A DNA stretch of 64,000 bases from an uncultured Acidobacteriota bacterium (GTDB taxonomy: Bacteria; Acidobacteriota; Thermoanaerobaculia; UBA5066; Gp7-AA6): NCBI GenBank assembly GCA_963823185.1, contig CAWGKP010000016.1, positions 25,070 to 89,069 of the forward strand, read 5' to 3'. Within the stretch, counting starts at the first letter, position 1. Each line of letters opens with the position of its first letter. Both the position numbers and the translations under genes were made by a program. This document shows positions 63,619-64,000 of the stretch, piece after piece. Under the pieces are notes generated by a model that was not told where the DNA came from, did not search any database, and saw only the letters and a program-made list of their open reading frames with translations.

Positions 63619-64000
63619 TCAGGGCGAGACGTGCCGGGGCAGCGTCCCCGTCAGGAGCCGGTAGCCTTCGAGATACTTCTCCCGCGTCGTGCGGATGACG
63701 CCTTCGGGCAGGCGCGGCGCGGGAGGACGCTTGTTCCAGCCGGTGGACTCGAGCCAGTCGCGGACGAATTGCTTGTCGTAGGACACGGGGCTGCGGCCCG
63801 GCCGGTACAGGGCCGAGTCCCAGTAGCGCGAAGAGTCCGGTGTGAACGCCTCGTCGATCCAGACGAGGCGGCCGTCGATGCGGCCGAACTCGAGTTTCGT
63901 GTCGGCCAGCAGTAGCCCGCGGGCCTCGGCGTCGTCGCGCGCCCGCTCGTAGAGCGAGAGCGTCGTCGTCTTCAGCCACTCGGCTTCCTCGGTGCCGACC
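63619..64000 (-). CDS. purC: Phosphoribosylaminoimidazole-succinocarboxamide synthase (SAICAR synthetase), C-terminal part; 5' end beyond window
   Basis: Reverse translation gives ...LLADTKLEFGRIDGRLVWIDEAFTPDSSRYW...EGVIRTTREKYLEGYRLLTG, typical of PurC. Confidence 0.8.
   Translation of the reverse strand, partial: VGTEEAEWLKTTTLSLYERARDDAEARGLLLADTKLEFGRIDGRLVWIDEAFTPDSSRYWDSALYRPGRSPVSYDKQFVRDWLESTGWNKRPPAPRLPEGVIRTTREKYLEGYRLLTGTLPRHVSP

Overview
High-GC (~70%) bacterial chromosomal window; the taxon is not determinable from the sequence alone, though the gene content is compatible with Acidobacteriota-like soil bacteria. The core backbone includes rpiB-tal-zwf, an EF-G paralog, a Ser/Thr kinase, lexA, rnc, dsbD, def, nuoB-nuoCD-nuoI, korAB, folE, an ABC/HlyD/TetR efflux set, dnaB, alr, mlaEFD, radA and purC (partial). 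Between about 8.1 and 30.2 kb lies an accessory region. It contains an intact tRNA-Pro(CGG) with a decayed tyrosine integrase, followed by three partial direct repeats of the tRNA-Pro 3' end (about 12.94, 19.38 and 22.65 kb) that delimit what looks like a tandem array of degraded genomic islands. These islands carry very large secreted multidomain proteins (sugar-dehydrogenase-like beta-propeller, PKD/Ig domains, a repeated ~150-aa beta-sandwich domain and Pro/Thr-rich tandem repeats), CSLREA-type beta-helix paralogs, and an acyl-CoA ligase/ACP/GNAT trio. The most interesting locus (25.9-30.2 kb) is a compact same-strand RiPP-like operon: a PqqD-like RRE, an NTP_transf_5 nucleotidyltransferase, a lasso-B2-like transglutaminase peptidase, a 63-aa candidate precursor with a strong RBS, an HPr-kinase-like kinase and a radical SAM/SPASM enzyme. 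It resembles phosphorylated-lasso-peptide clusters but has no lasso cyclase and a Cys-free core. Caveat: 1-nt frameshifts are frequent and also hit core genes (S9 peptidase, FtsX and ABC-2 permeases, the kinase), so indel sequencing errors are likely and 'pseudogene' calls are tentative. Four tRNAs were found (Pro, Cys, Leu, Phe). No rRNA or CRISPR array was found.
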